A stretch of 64,000 bases of DNA from an uncultured Candidatus Binatia bacterium (GTDB lineage Bacteria > Desulfobacterota > Binatia > UBA9968 > JAJDTQ01), in the NCBI GenBank assembly GCA_965213675.1, contig OZ243916.1, positions 2,304,001 to 2,368,000 on the forward strand, read 5' to 3'. A program made the translations under genes and the position numbers. The notes beneath the pieces are model-generated. The model searched no databases and was not told the origin of the DNA. It was given only the letters and a program-made list of their open reading frames with translations. This document shows, piece after piece, positions 56,435 through 64,000 of this stretch; positions within the stretch are counted from its first letter, which is position 1, and every line of letters starts with the position of its first letter.

Positions 56435-57184
56435 ATGAAGGAGCTACCGTGTGGGCCGGAGCCGGGAAACCCGACAGCAGCCGCGGAAGACGACTGCCAG
56501 GACGAACTCGTGGCGACGTACCTGCCCCTGGTGGAAGCCGTCGCCCATCAACTCCACCGTCGCCTGCCGCCGAACGTGGACATCGACGCCTTGATCAATT
56601 CCGGCGTCGTGGGTCTGCTGGAAGCACTGGACCGCTACGATCCCGAGCGCGGCGTCTCGTTCTCCGCCTACGCGAAACCTCGCGTCTACGGTGAAATGAT
56701 CCAGTGCCTGCGATCACTGGACTGGGTCAGCCGTTCGATCCGGGCCTGGGGACGCCGCTTTTCCGCCGCCCGCACGCGGCTCGCCGTGGAACTCTGCCGC
56801 GAGGCAACCACCGAAGAGATGGCCGAGGAGCTGCAACTGCCACTGGCGCAGTACCACAAGCTCAACTACCAGGTGGGGGAATATGGGTGCCAGAGTCTCG
56901 ACGACCCGCAGTGCAGCGAGTTGGATCTGATCATGGACCGAAGCGCCGACGCCCCGGAACTCTATCGGGACCCGTCCTACCACGCGGAACTCGCCGACAT
57001 GCTGGACAAACTGAAACACGCGGTGGCGGAACTTCCGGAGCGGGAGCGGGTGGTGGTCACGCTACGGAACGATCACGAGCTCAAATTCCGCGAAATCGGA
57101 GAGAGACTGGGAGTGACCGAAGCCAGGATCTGTCAGATCTACGTGCAAGCCCGCAAGCGCCTTTACGAGGCGCTCACGGATTGA
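56435..57184 (+). CDS. FliA/WhiG family RNA polymerase sigma factor
   Basis: YLPLV..VA, LP..VD, G..GLLEA.DRYDP.RG..F..YA..R, LR.LDW, LPERER, EIG..LGVTEARICQI. Confidence 0.88.
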   Translation: MKELPCGPEPGNPTAAAEDDCQDELVATYLPLVEAVAHQLHRRLPPNVDIDALINSGVVGLLEALDRYDPERGVSFSAYAKPRVYGEMIQCLRSLDWVSRSIRAWGRRFSAARTRLAVELCREATTEEMAEELQLPLAQYHKLNYQVGEYGCQSLDDPQCSELDLIMDRSADAPELYRDPSYHAELADMLDKLKHAVAELPERERVVVTLRNDHELKFREIGERLGVTEARICQIYVQARKRLYEALTD

Positions 57185-57224
57185 GGACGCCGCCCGCGGG
57201 CGCGCGCGAAGAGACCGTGAAGCT

Positions 57225-58595
57225 TCAGCCCCCGGCGCGAATGGCGGCGATTTCGTCCTGAATGACCTCCAACCGGGGCGAGCCCGGCGCGTACTGCTGG
57301 GCGGCGCGCTCCAGCGCGTCGAGCGCCTTGCCGGTCTGGTCACGCAGCAGGTACGACTGGGCCAGATAGTAGTGCGCCTTGCCCGGCTGGTTGAGCTTTC
57401 GGTAGGCATATCCGAGGAGGCGGGCGGCCTCGGCCCAGGACGGCGCCAACTGACGCGCTTTCAGATAAGCGCGCGCGGCTTCCCGGAAACGCGACTCCTT
57501 CTCGAAGAGCCGGCCGCGGTACAGGTGGCTGATGGGATCGTCAGGTTGATGTTCCAACATGCGATCAAGGGCGGCATGCGCCTTGGGGATTTCCTCCGTG
57601 TGGAGATACACGCGCCCGAGATCGCGATGCAGGTTGGGGACCGCCAGGTCCGAACGCGCCGCCCGTTCCAGCATGTCCCGTGCCTGCACCCACCGGCCGG
57701 TGGCGGCGTAGGCAAGCCCCAGCAAGTAAACCGGCATGGCGGCCGTGGGACGGCTCTCGTGGTCTTTTCTGAGCCGTTCCACGACCACGTCAGGCTTGTC
57801 CCGCAGCTCGATCAACAACTTGACGCGCTCGATGTCGTCGGCGTCCCTGTAACGGGGTACCGAAAGCCCCTGCGCGCGTATCGATGCCGACAGATTGGCG
57901 ATGCGTTTATCCGTCAGCGGGTGCGTCAGGAGGTACGCGGGTCTCCCGACGGGATTGAGCCGCCGCTCGCGGTACATCCTTTGCATGAAGGTGACCGCCG
58001 CCCCAGGATCATAACCCGCGCGTGCGAGGTAGCCGACGCCCAGGTTGTCCGCCTGCTCCTCCATCTGCCGGCTGAACTCCAGTTGCCGGGTCATGGCGAC
58101 AGCGGGGCCGGCCAGGGCGGCAGGCCCGATGACCGGCGCCAGGAACACCCCCAGCATGCCCACGAGCATGGCGGCGTCCGTGGAGGAAGCGAGAACGTGG
58201 AAGTGCCGCGCGTCCACGTGAACGATCTCGTGGGCGATGACCGAAGCCAACTCGTCCGTGCTCTCCACGCGCTGAATCAGGCCAGAGTGCAGGAAGATGC
58301 TGCCGCCGGGGACCGCGAACGCATTCAGCGACGGATCCGCGATGACGAAGAAGCGGTAAGGGTATCGAATGTTGCCGACGGCTTCGAGAATACGGCGACC
58401 GATGCGGTCGGCATAGAGCTCGATCTCGGGGTCTTCGATGAACTTGAGCCGGTGGCGGGCTTCCCGCCGGAACTGGCGGCTGATGCGGATTTCCTCATCC
58501 TGGGACAGCGCGTGGGCGTACGGCATGTGGAGCGGCGCCGTCGCGTGGCACAAGACCAACAGCACCACGGCCCAAAAGTGGAGGCCTCTCCGCAT
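57225..58595 (-). CDS. M48 family metalloprotease with TPR repeats (BepA-like)
   Basis: Signal peptide, NAFAVPGG, HEIVH, E.QAD..G, YLLTHP; C-terminal TPRs. Confidence 0.9.
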   Translation of the reverse strand: MRRGLHFWAVVLLVLCHATAPLHMPYAHALSQDEEIRISRQFRREARHRLKFIEDPEIELYADRIGRRILEAVGNIRYPYRFFVIADPSLNAFAVPGGSIFLHSGLIQRVESTDELASVIAHEIVHVDARHFHVLASSTDAAMLVGMLGVFLAPVIGPAALAGPAVAMTRQLEFSRQMEEQADNLGVGYLARAGYDPGAAVTFMQRMYRERRLNPVGRPAYLLTHPLTDKRIANLSASIRAQGLSVPRYRDADDIERVKLLIELRDKPDVVVERLRKDHESRPTAAMPVYLLGLAYAATGRWVQARDMLERAARSDLAVPNLHRDLGRVYLHTEEIPKAHAALDRMLEHQPDDPISHLYRGRLFEKESRFREAARAYLKARQLAPSWAEAARLLGYAYRKLNQPGKAHYYLAQSYLLRDQTGKALDALERAAQQYAPGSPRLEVIQDEIAAIRAGG

Positions 58596-58752
58596 ACGTG
58601 GAATCTATCCGACGCCCCCGGACGGGTCAAACCCGCTCAGACCCGATTTCCACGGAGGCCATCACGCGGGAAACCGGGTCCGGGCTGGTGTGGAGCTGGT
58701 TCCCGCGCGGCCTCCTGCAGGAATCTGCAGGGCGCGACGCGGGAGATTCCGA

Positions 58753-60834
58753 TCACTCCAGTCCGAGCCAGACGAACAGCTCGCCCGGCGGGAACGGCAG
58801 ATGGAGGGCCAGGTCGAAAATGCCGGCGAAGAACGCATATGCCACCGCCGTCAGGATGATCGACATGAACCAGTTCTCCCGCGCGCCGAACTTGAGATAC
58901 AGGAAGGTCGCCACCATCGAGGACCATACGAACCCAAGCAGCCAGATGGAAACGAAGAATCCCACGACCCAGGCGCTGATCGCCAGGGTGCGGCGGCGCG
59001 TCTCTTCCGGTGAAATCTCCTCCACCTCCTCGACGCCCTCTTCCCCGTGCACCATCACTCTGGAGGTGGTGGTGATTTCCTTCACGAACACCACCCCGCT
59101 GATGACCAAGGCGGGCAGTCCGATGATGAGCGGGAACAACGCGGCCCGTTCCTCGTAGGCGCCGAAACCGAAGAAGACCTCACGCATCACGTAGGCGAAC
59201 AACGCCACGAAGCACAGCGCGAAGACGCCGTGGGCGATGCGGTCGTTGCGCGGGACCTCTTCCATCGTCTTGGTGATGCCGGGGACCTCGAACTTGTTCT
59301 CGTGGCGCTCGGCCCGCTTGCGCTCCCGCCAGGACTGAAAAAGGGGATAGAGCGCTCCGGCCAGAATGAGGAGCGAGATGACCAGCACACCCGGCCGCAG
59401 GAGGAAACCGGCGCCGTACACCTTGGTGGCGATGAACAGGTTGTTCTCCGCGATGCCGCCCAGGACGAGCCCCAGCAGCAGCGGCGGCCGCTGCCAGTCG
59501 AAGCGCACCATGAGCCATCCCACCGCGCCGAACAGCAGCACCAGCAGCATGTCGCCGAACGCATTGTTGACCGCGAAGCCCCCCAGATAGATGAGCAGCA
59601 GGAGGAACGGGATCAGGTAGGTGCCCTTGACGAAGGTGATCTTGGCGAGCTGGTTCAGGAACAGCAGGCAGACCGCCACCGTGATGATGTTCGACACCAC
59701 GATGATCCAGACGAAGGAAAAGGTGAGATCCAGGTGCTTGTCCGGATCCAGCAGGTCTGGTCCAGGCACGATTCCCTGAATGATGAACGCCCCCAGCAGG
59801 ATCGCCATGGAGACGCTGCCGGGCACGCCGAAGGCGATGGTGGGCACCAGCGCACCGCCCTCCTTGGAGTTGTTGGCCGCGCCGGGTCCCAGCACGCCCT
59901 CGATGGCGCCCTTGCCGAAGCGATCCTTGTCGCCGCCGGAACTCTGCACCGCGTGGGCATAAGCGACCCACTGCGCCGGGCCGCCCCCCAGACCCGGGAT
60001 GAGGCCGATGTAGGAGCCGATGGCGCTGCACCCCAGCACCAGCTTCCAATGGCGGAAGGTGTCGGCGATGCCCTGCATGACGCCGCCCAGCTTGCCGGTG
60101 GACTGGCGCGCGATGCTTGATCCCTGCACCGACAGCTCGATGATCTCGGGAATGGCGAACAGCCCCACGGTGACCGAAACCAGTGAGAGTCCGTCCCACA
60201 GAAACAGCGCGGCATCTTCGCCAATGATCGGATCGAGGGTGAAGCGCGGCACGCTCTCGATGGGGTCCAGGCCGACGGTGGCGAGAATCAGCCCCATGGC
60301 ACCGGTGCACAGTCCCTTGAGCATGTTGCCGCCGCTCAGGGAGGCCACGAACGTGATGCCCAGAAGGGCCAGCATGAAGAATTCCGAGGAGCCGATGGAG
60401 AGCACCAGCGGTTGCACGATGGGGATGGCCAGCGCCAGGGCGAAAGCGCCGAACACCGCGCCCACCAGCGAGCTCATGAGCGCGGCACCGAGGGCGCGGC
60501 CGGCCTCGCCCTTCTTGGCCATGGGGTGGCCATCGACGATGGTGGCCGCGGTGATGCCCTCGCCCGGGACGCCGAAGAGAATGGAGGTAATGTCCCCGGT
60601 GGTGGCGGTGACCGCGTTGGAACCCAACAGGAACGCGAACGCGGTGGTGGGGTCCATGTTGTAGATGAACGGCAGCATCAGGGCCAACGTGGTGGCCCCG
60701 CCCAGACCGGGCAGAATCCCCACCACGAACCCGATGGCGATGCCGATGAGCATGAACAGGAACGGATCCTGTCCCGCGGCGCTGAAGGGCAGAATGTTGG
60801 CCAGACCGATGAAGAATGAGTTGAAGGTATCCAT
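58753..60834 (-). CDS. Tripartite tricarboxylate transporter TctA with C-terminal TctB-like fusion
   Basis: GILPGLG, ILFGVPG, DGHPMA..G.A, GLFAIPE, ANNS..GG..VPT..FG.PG; extra ~170 aa TM domain with FP..IG and F...LHLPFPPG. Confidence 0.88.
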   Translation of the reverse strand: MDTFNSFFIGLANILPFSAAGQDPFLFMLIGIAIGFVVGILPGLGGATTLALMLPFIYNMDPTTAFAFLLGSNAVTATTGDITSILFGVPGEGITAATIVDGHPMAKKGEAGRALGAALMSSLVGAVFGAFALALAIPIVQPLVLSIGSSEFFMLALLGITFVASLSGGNMLKGLCTGAMGLILATVGLDPIESVPRFTLDPIIGEDAALFLWDGLSLVSVTVGLFAIPEIIELSVQGSSIARQSTGKLGGVMQGIADTFRHWKLVLGCSAIGSYIGLIPGLGGGPAQWVAYAHAVQSSGGDKDRFGKGAIEGVLGPGAANNSKEGGALVPTIAFGVPGSVSMAILLGAFIIQGIVPGPDLLDPDKHLDLTFSFVWIIVVSNIITVAVCLLFLNQLAKITFVKGTYLIPFLLLLIYLGGFAVNNAFGDMLLVLLFGAVGWLMVRFDWQRPPLLLGLVLGGIAENNLFIATKVYGAGFLLRPGVLVISLLILAGALYPLFQSWRERKRAERHENKFEVPGITKTMEEVPRNDRIAHGVFALCFVALFAYVMREVFFGFGAYEERAALFPLIIGLPALVISGVVFVKEITTTSRVMVHGEEGVEEVEEISPEETRRRTLAISAWVVGFFVSIWLLGFVWSSMVATFLYLKFGARENWFMSIILTAVAYAFFAGIFDLALHLPFPPGELFVWLGLE

Positions 60835-60950
60835 ACGATGGTCTCTGAACGCCGGAAGCGGGTTCCGGACTGGGGACGCCCTTACCGTCGATACAGGGTC
60901 AAGGAGTGTTTGCGGCGGATGACGGACGTTGAAGTTGTGTGGGAAGAAAC

Positions 60951-60982
60951 GAACAAATCAACCAAGGAACAAATCAACCAAG
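60951..60982. repeat. Perfect 16-bp tandem direct repeat upstream of tctA
   Basis: GAACAAATCAACCAAG x2. Confidence 0.85.
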
Positions 60983-61064
60983 CGTGCCTTTATCGCCGAA
61001 ATGACAACGAGTGTCAAGGACCGCACCGGTGGTGGTGAGGCATGCGTGCTGGCGCACGCCGGCG

Positions 61065-61496
61065 TCACCGCTCGGCCGCCAGCGACTCGTAGCTTGTCCC
61101 TGCGCCGTTCTCCTGGCTCACCGGGAGACCAAGGCCGCTCCATCCCTCCACCACGACCTGACCGAAGGGGTCCCGCATGCCGCTGAAGCCGCCGCGCACG
61201 CTGGCCACGTCCCGGTAGCCGGCCTGTTCCAGCAGGTTCGCCGCGCTTTGGGAGCGAGGGCCCGCCTTGCAGCCCAGCAGCAGCTTCCGGCCAGCAGCGT
61301 AATGGCGCTGCACAATCTCCACGAACTCATGGTTGTAAGCCATGCCCTGCGCCGGATCGTGGAACGCGATGGGAATGTTCACCGCCCCCGCCGGGTGCCC
61401 CGCGGCGAATTCCTCCACCGTGCGCACGTCGATGTACACCGCGCCGGCGTCCTGCCGTAACGCGTCGTAGGCTTCCTGCGGCGAAATCTCCTTCAC
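61065..61496 (-). CDS. Rhodanese-like domain protein
   Basis: IDVRTVEEF..GH..GAVNIP, CKAGPRS; AGGAG RBS before GTG. Confidence 0.9.
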   Translation of the reverse strand: MKEISPQEAYDALRQDAGAVYIDVRTVEEFAAGHPAGAVNIPIAFHDPAQGMAYNHEFVEIVQRHYAAGRKLLLGCKAGPRSQSAANLLEQAGYRDVASVRGGFSGMRDPFGQVVVEGWSGLGLPVSQENGAGTSYESLAAER

Positions 61497-61545
61497 GGTC
61501 GCTCCTGGTCGTATCCCGCCCGGTGGCGGGTCCGCGTCCATGTTC

Positions 61546-62319
61546 CTACATGCCCATTACGTTGTAGCCGGCATCGACATGGAGAGTCTCTCCAGTGACC
61601 CCGCTCCCCAACTCCGACACGAGATAGACGGCGGTGCGGCCGATTTCGGCCGGGTCCACGTTGCGCTTGAGCGGGGCGCGCTCGCTGGCGAAGCGGAGCA
61701 TGTCCCGAAACCCGGCGATGCCGGCCGCCGCCAGGGTCTTCACCGGACCTGCCGAGATGGCGTTCACCCGGATGCCGTCCGGCCCGAGATCGTACGCCAG
61801 ATAACGCACGCTGGCCTCCAACGCCGCCTTGGCCACGCCCATGACGTTGTAGTTGGGGACGACCTTCTCGGACCCCATGTAGGTCAATGTCACCACCGCG
61901 CCGTCCCGCCCCTTCATGAGCTTGGCGGCGTGGCGCGTCAGCGCCACCAGCGAGTAGGCGCTGATATCCAGCGCCGTGTGGAACCCGGCCCGCCCGGTTT
62001 CGACAAAAGGCTGCGCCAGGTCCTCCTTGTTGGCGAAGGCAATGGCGTGGATGAGAATGTCGAGACCGCCCCACTCGCGTCCCACCGCCTCGAAGACCGC
62101 TTCGATCTCTTCGTCACGGGTGACGTCGCACGGCAGGATCAGGCTTGAGCCGATGCCTTCGGCCAATGGGCGGACGCGCTTTTCCAGGATCTCGCCGGCG
62201 TACGTGAACGCCAGATCGGCTCCCTGAGCATGAAGCTCCCTGGCCACCGCCCAGGCGATGCTCCGCTCATTGGCCACGCCGAAGATCAACGCCTTCTTTC
62301 CCGCCAGGATGTCCGCCAT
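61546..62319 (-). CDS. fabI: Enoyl-ACP reductase
   Basis: GVANERSIAW, DISAYSL, YNVMGVAKAALE, ISAGPVKTLA. Confidence 0.96.
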   Translation of the reverse strand: MADILAGKKALIFGVANERSIAWAVARELHAQGADLAFTYAGEILEKRVRPLAEGIGSSLILPCDVTRDEEIEAVFEAVGREWGGLDILIHAIAFANKEDLAQPFVETGRAGFHTALDISAYSLVALTRHAAKLMKGRDGAVVTLTYMGSEKVVPNYNVMGVAKAALEASVRYLAYDLGPDGIRVNAISAGPVKTLAAAGIAGFRDMLRFASERAPLKRNVDPAEIGRTAVYLVSELGSGVTGETLHVDAGYNVMGM

Positions 62320-62373
62320 GTTCGACTCCGTGCCTCCGCGGCGCACACCCGCGGAGCTCGCCGCCCGTGGGGG

Positions 62374-62427
62374 CCTGTCCGATCCCAATGGAAACCAACG
62401 GATGGGTCCCCATTCGGATCGGACAGG
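62374..62427. repeat. 18-bp inverted repeat between pduO and fabI
   Basis: CCTGTCCGATCCCAATGG ... CCATTCGGATCGGACAGG immediately after the pduO stop. Confidence 0.65.
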
Positions 62428-63033
62428 TCACTGCTTCGGCCCGCTGGCCAGCCCTCTTTGCCAGAGATACTCCGTCTCACCGAGGTTCTTGCCCACCCAG
62501 CGTCCGACGACGTAGAAGAAATCGCTCAAGCGGTTGACGTACTTGAGGGGCCACTCACCGACTTCCTCCACCCGCGACAGCCGCAAGATCTCCCGCTCGC
62601 CCCGCCGGCATACCGTGCGGCACTGATGGAGCTGGGCGCTGATGGGTCCGCCGCCCGGCAGGGTAAACGACTTGAGCGGCTCGAGGTCCTTCTGGCACTC
62701 GTTGATGAGCTGCTCCAGCCCGGTGACCTCCGCCGCGCCGACGCGGTGCATGCCGTCATAGGCGCCGTCTTCCGGGGTCGCCAACTCGCTGCCCAGGTCG
62801 AACAACTCCTGCTGGATCTGCTGCAGCCAGAGGTCGAGCCTGAGGTGCAGCTCGTGCTCTCCCTTGCCCTGCTCGTTCCACGCGCGCACCAGCCCCACCA
62901 CGGCATTCAACTCGTCGATGGCGCCGTAGGCCTCCACCCGCTGGCAGTCCTTGGGAACCCGCTTCCCGCCCACGAGGCCGGTGGTGCCGTCGTCGCCGGT
63001 GCGCGTGTACACGCGCGTGATTCGAATCGCCAT
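62428..63033 (-). CDS. PduO-type cob(I)alamin adenosyltransferase
   Basis: YTRTGDDGTT, YG.IDELN, LFDLG.EL, F.LPGG, R.VCRR.ER, Y.NRLSD. Confidence 0.93.
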   Translation of the reverse strand: MAIRITRVYTRTGDDGTTGLVGGKRVPKDCQRVEAYGAIDELNAVVGLVRAWNEQGKGEHELHLRLDLWLQQIQQELFDLGSELATPEDGAYDGMHRVGAAEVTGLEQLINECQKDLEPLKSFTLPGGGPISAQLHQCRTVCRRGEREILRLSRVEEVGEWPLKYVNRLSDFFYVVGRWVGKNLGETEYLWQRGLASGPKQ

Positions 63034-63170
63034 CTTGAGACCGCCGGTTCCCCGCGAAAGGATGCCTCAAACGTATAGGGTTCAACGAGAGAAGCCAACC
63101 GTTGCGGGGCGCCCTTGTCCCGAGGCGCCGGCTGTTGTTTACGGATGGGAGATGGTACGAAGAAGGCGTG

Positions 63171-63656
63171 ATGCCGATGAAGTTCCGCCGCCACCGCTTC
63201 CTTCGTCGCTTCTTCCCTTCTCACTGCTTCCCGTATGCGGGATTGGTGCTACTGAGCCTGATGGCCCTTGGCGGCTGCATTCGGGAAGAGGAGATGAAGC
63301 TCGTCTACGCCCAGCGTTGCGCGAGCTGCCACGGTCCCGCGGGACGGGGCGACGGCCCCATCGCCAAGGCGATGTCCGCGGAGATCCCGGACTTCCGCGA
63401 CACCGTCGACAATCTGGACATCTTCGACATCCGCCGCATCATCAAGAAGGGCAAGGGCATCATGCCCGCCTTCGAGCCCGCCCTGGAGAAGTATCAGATC
63501 CAGGACATGGTGCGCATGGTGCGGTTCCTGAGCATGGAAGGCCGCGACCTGGACTGGTGGGAAAAGTTCGAGCCCCTGGTATGGGCCCACTGCTCCGTGC
63601 CCTGGCAGGCCGTTTACGATCTCGACGGCGCCGCGAAGAAGAACAGGGGTTCGTGA
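63171..63656 (+). CDS. Monoheme c-type cytochrome (possible lipoprotein)
   Basis: CASCH, GRGDGP, distal MPAF; lipobox-like LGGC; start uncertain. Confidence 0.8.
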   Translation: MPMKFRRHRFLRRFFPSHCFPYAGLVLLSLMALGGCIREEEMKLVYAQRCASCHGPAGRGDGPIAKAMSAEIPDFRDTVDNLDIFDIRRIIKKGKGIMPAFEPALEKYQIQDMVRMVRFLSMEGRDLDWWEKFEPLVWAHCSVPWQAVYDLDGAAKKNRGS

Positions 63657-63679
63657 AACTGCTCGGCGGCGGCGCCTGC

Positions 63680-64000
63680 TCAGGCGGCCGCCCCGGCGGG
63701 TGAGGTTTCCAGCGGCGGCATCGGCTTTTTCGGCCGGATGCTGAGCCCGAACGCCGCGGCCATCAGTCCCATCCAGCCGCCGGCGAAGAACGCCAGTTCG
63801 TAGTTCCCCACGTAGTCGTACAGGAGGCCGCCGGCGTTGGCCATGGCGAACCCGCCTATCTGGTGCGACAGAAAGATCCAGCCGTAGATCCGGCCGATGG
63901 ACTGCTTGCCGAAAGTCTGGCCGGCGAGGGTGACCACCGGCGGAACCGTGGCGAACCAATCGAGTCCGTAGATGACGGTAAAGATGAGGAGTCCGCTGGT
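63680..64000 (-). CDS. MFS transporter (C-terminal part; 5' end outside the window)
   Basis: YGLDWFATVPP..FG..G.IYGWIF.SHQIG..GG..YD..G.Y. Confidence 0.85.
   Translation of the reverse strand, partial: TSGLLIFTVIYGLDWFATVPPVVTLAGQTFGKQSIGRIYGWIFLSHQIGGFAMANAGGLLYDYVGNYELAFFAGGWMGLMAAAFGLSIRPKKPMPPLETSPAGAAA

Noticed and set aside
56460-56472. Programmed -1 frameshift (GGGAAAC) joining the SD-led GTG to the sigma ORF
   Set aside because: Joining needs a +1 shift, and the heptamer is in the wrong phase for the GTG frame

Overview
High-GC bacterial chromosomal window. The gene content suggests a deltaproteobacterial/Binatota-like organism; this is inference and untested. The left end carries a compositionally distinct (visibly more A/T-rich) block at about 1.6-10.0 kb. 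It encodes an MMPL/RND transporter, a cytochrome P450 fused to an N-terminal GPP34/GOLPH3(Vps74)-like domain, and a single-polypeptide squalene monooxygenase-oxidosqualene cyclase (DCTAE-type) fusion. This candidate bacterial sterol/triterpenoid synthesis, tailoring and export module is the most notable feature. The rest comprises tRNA-Leu(CAA), a UbiD decarboxylase, two GSTs, a complete F420 operon (cofG-cofH-cofD-cofC-cofE-npdG), hisC, clpB, bioFAD, larC, and tRNA-Ala(CGC) followed by a small defence-type islet (IS3 remnant, AbiE pair, AAA-DUF4143). Further right are a thiolase/DUF35 pair, ppiD, mreBCD-mrdA-rodA, trxA, pepA, folE, ptsP, an orphan sigma-28 gene behind a sigma-54 promoter, a bepA-like protease, a TctA-TctB fusion, fabI and pduO. 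A ~165-bp MITE/ERIC-like repeat occurs in four copies plus one isolated end, and several REP-like palindrome families are present. Product calls come from motif recognition by eye; no database searches were run.
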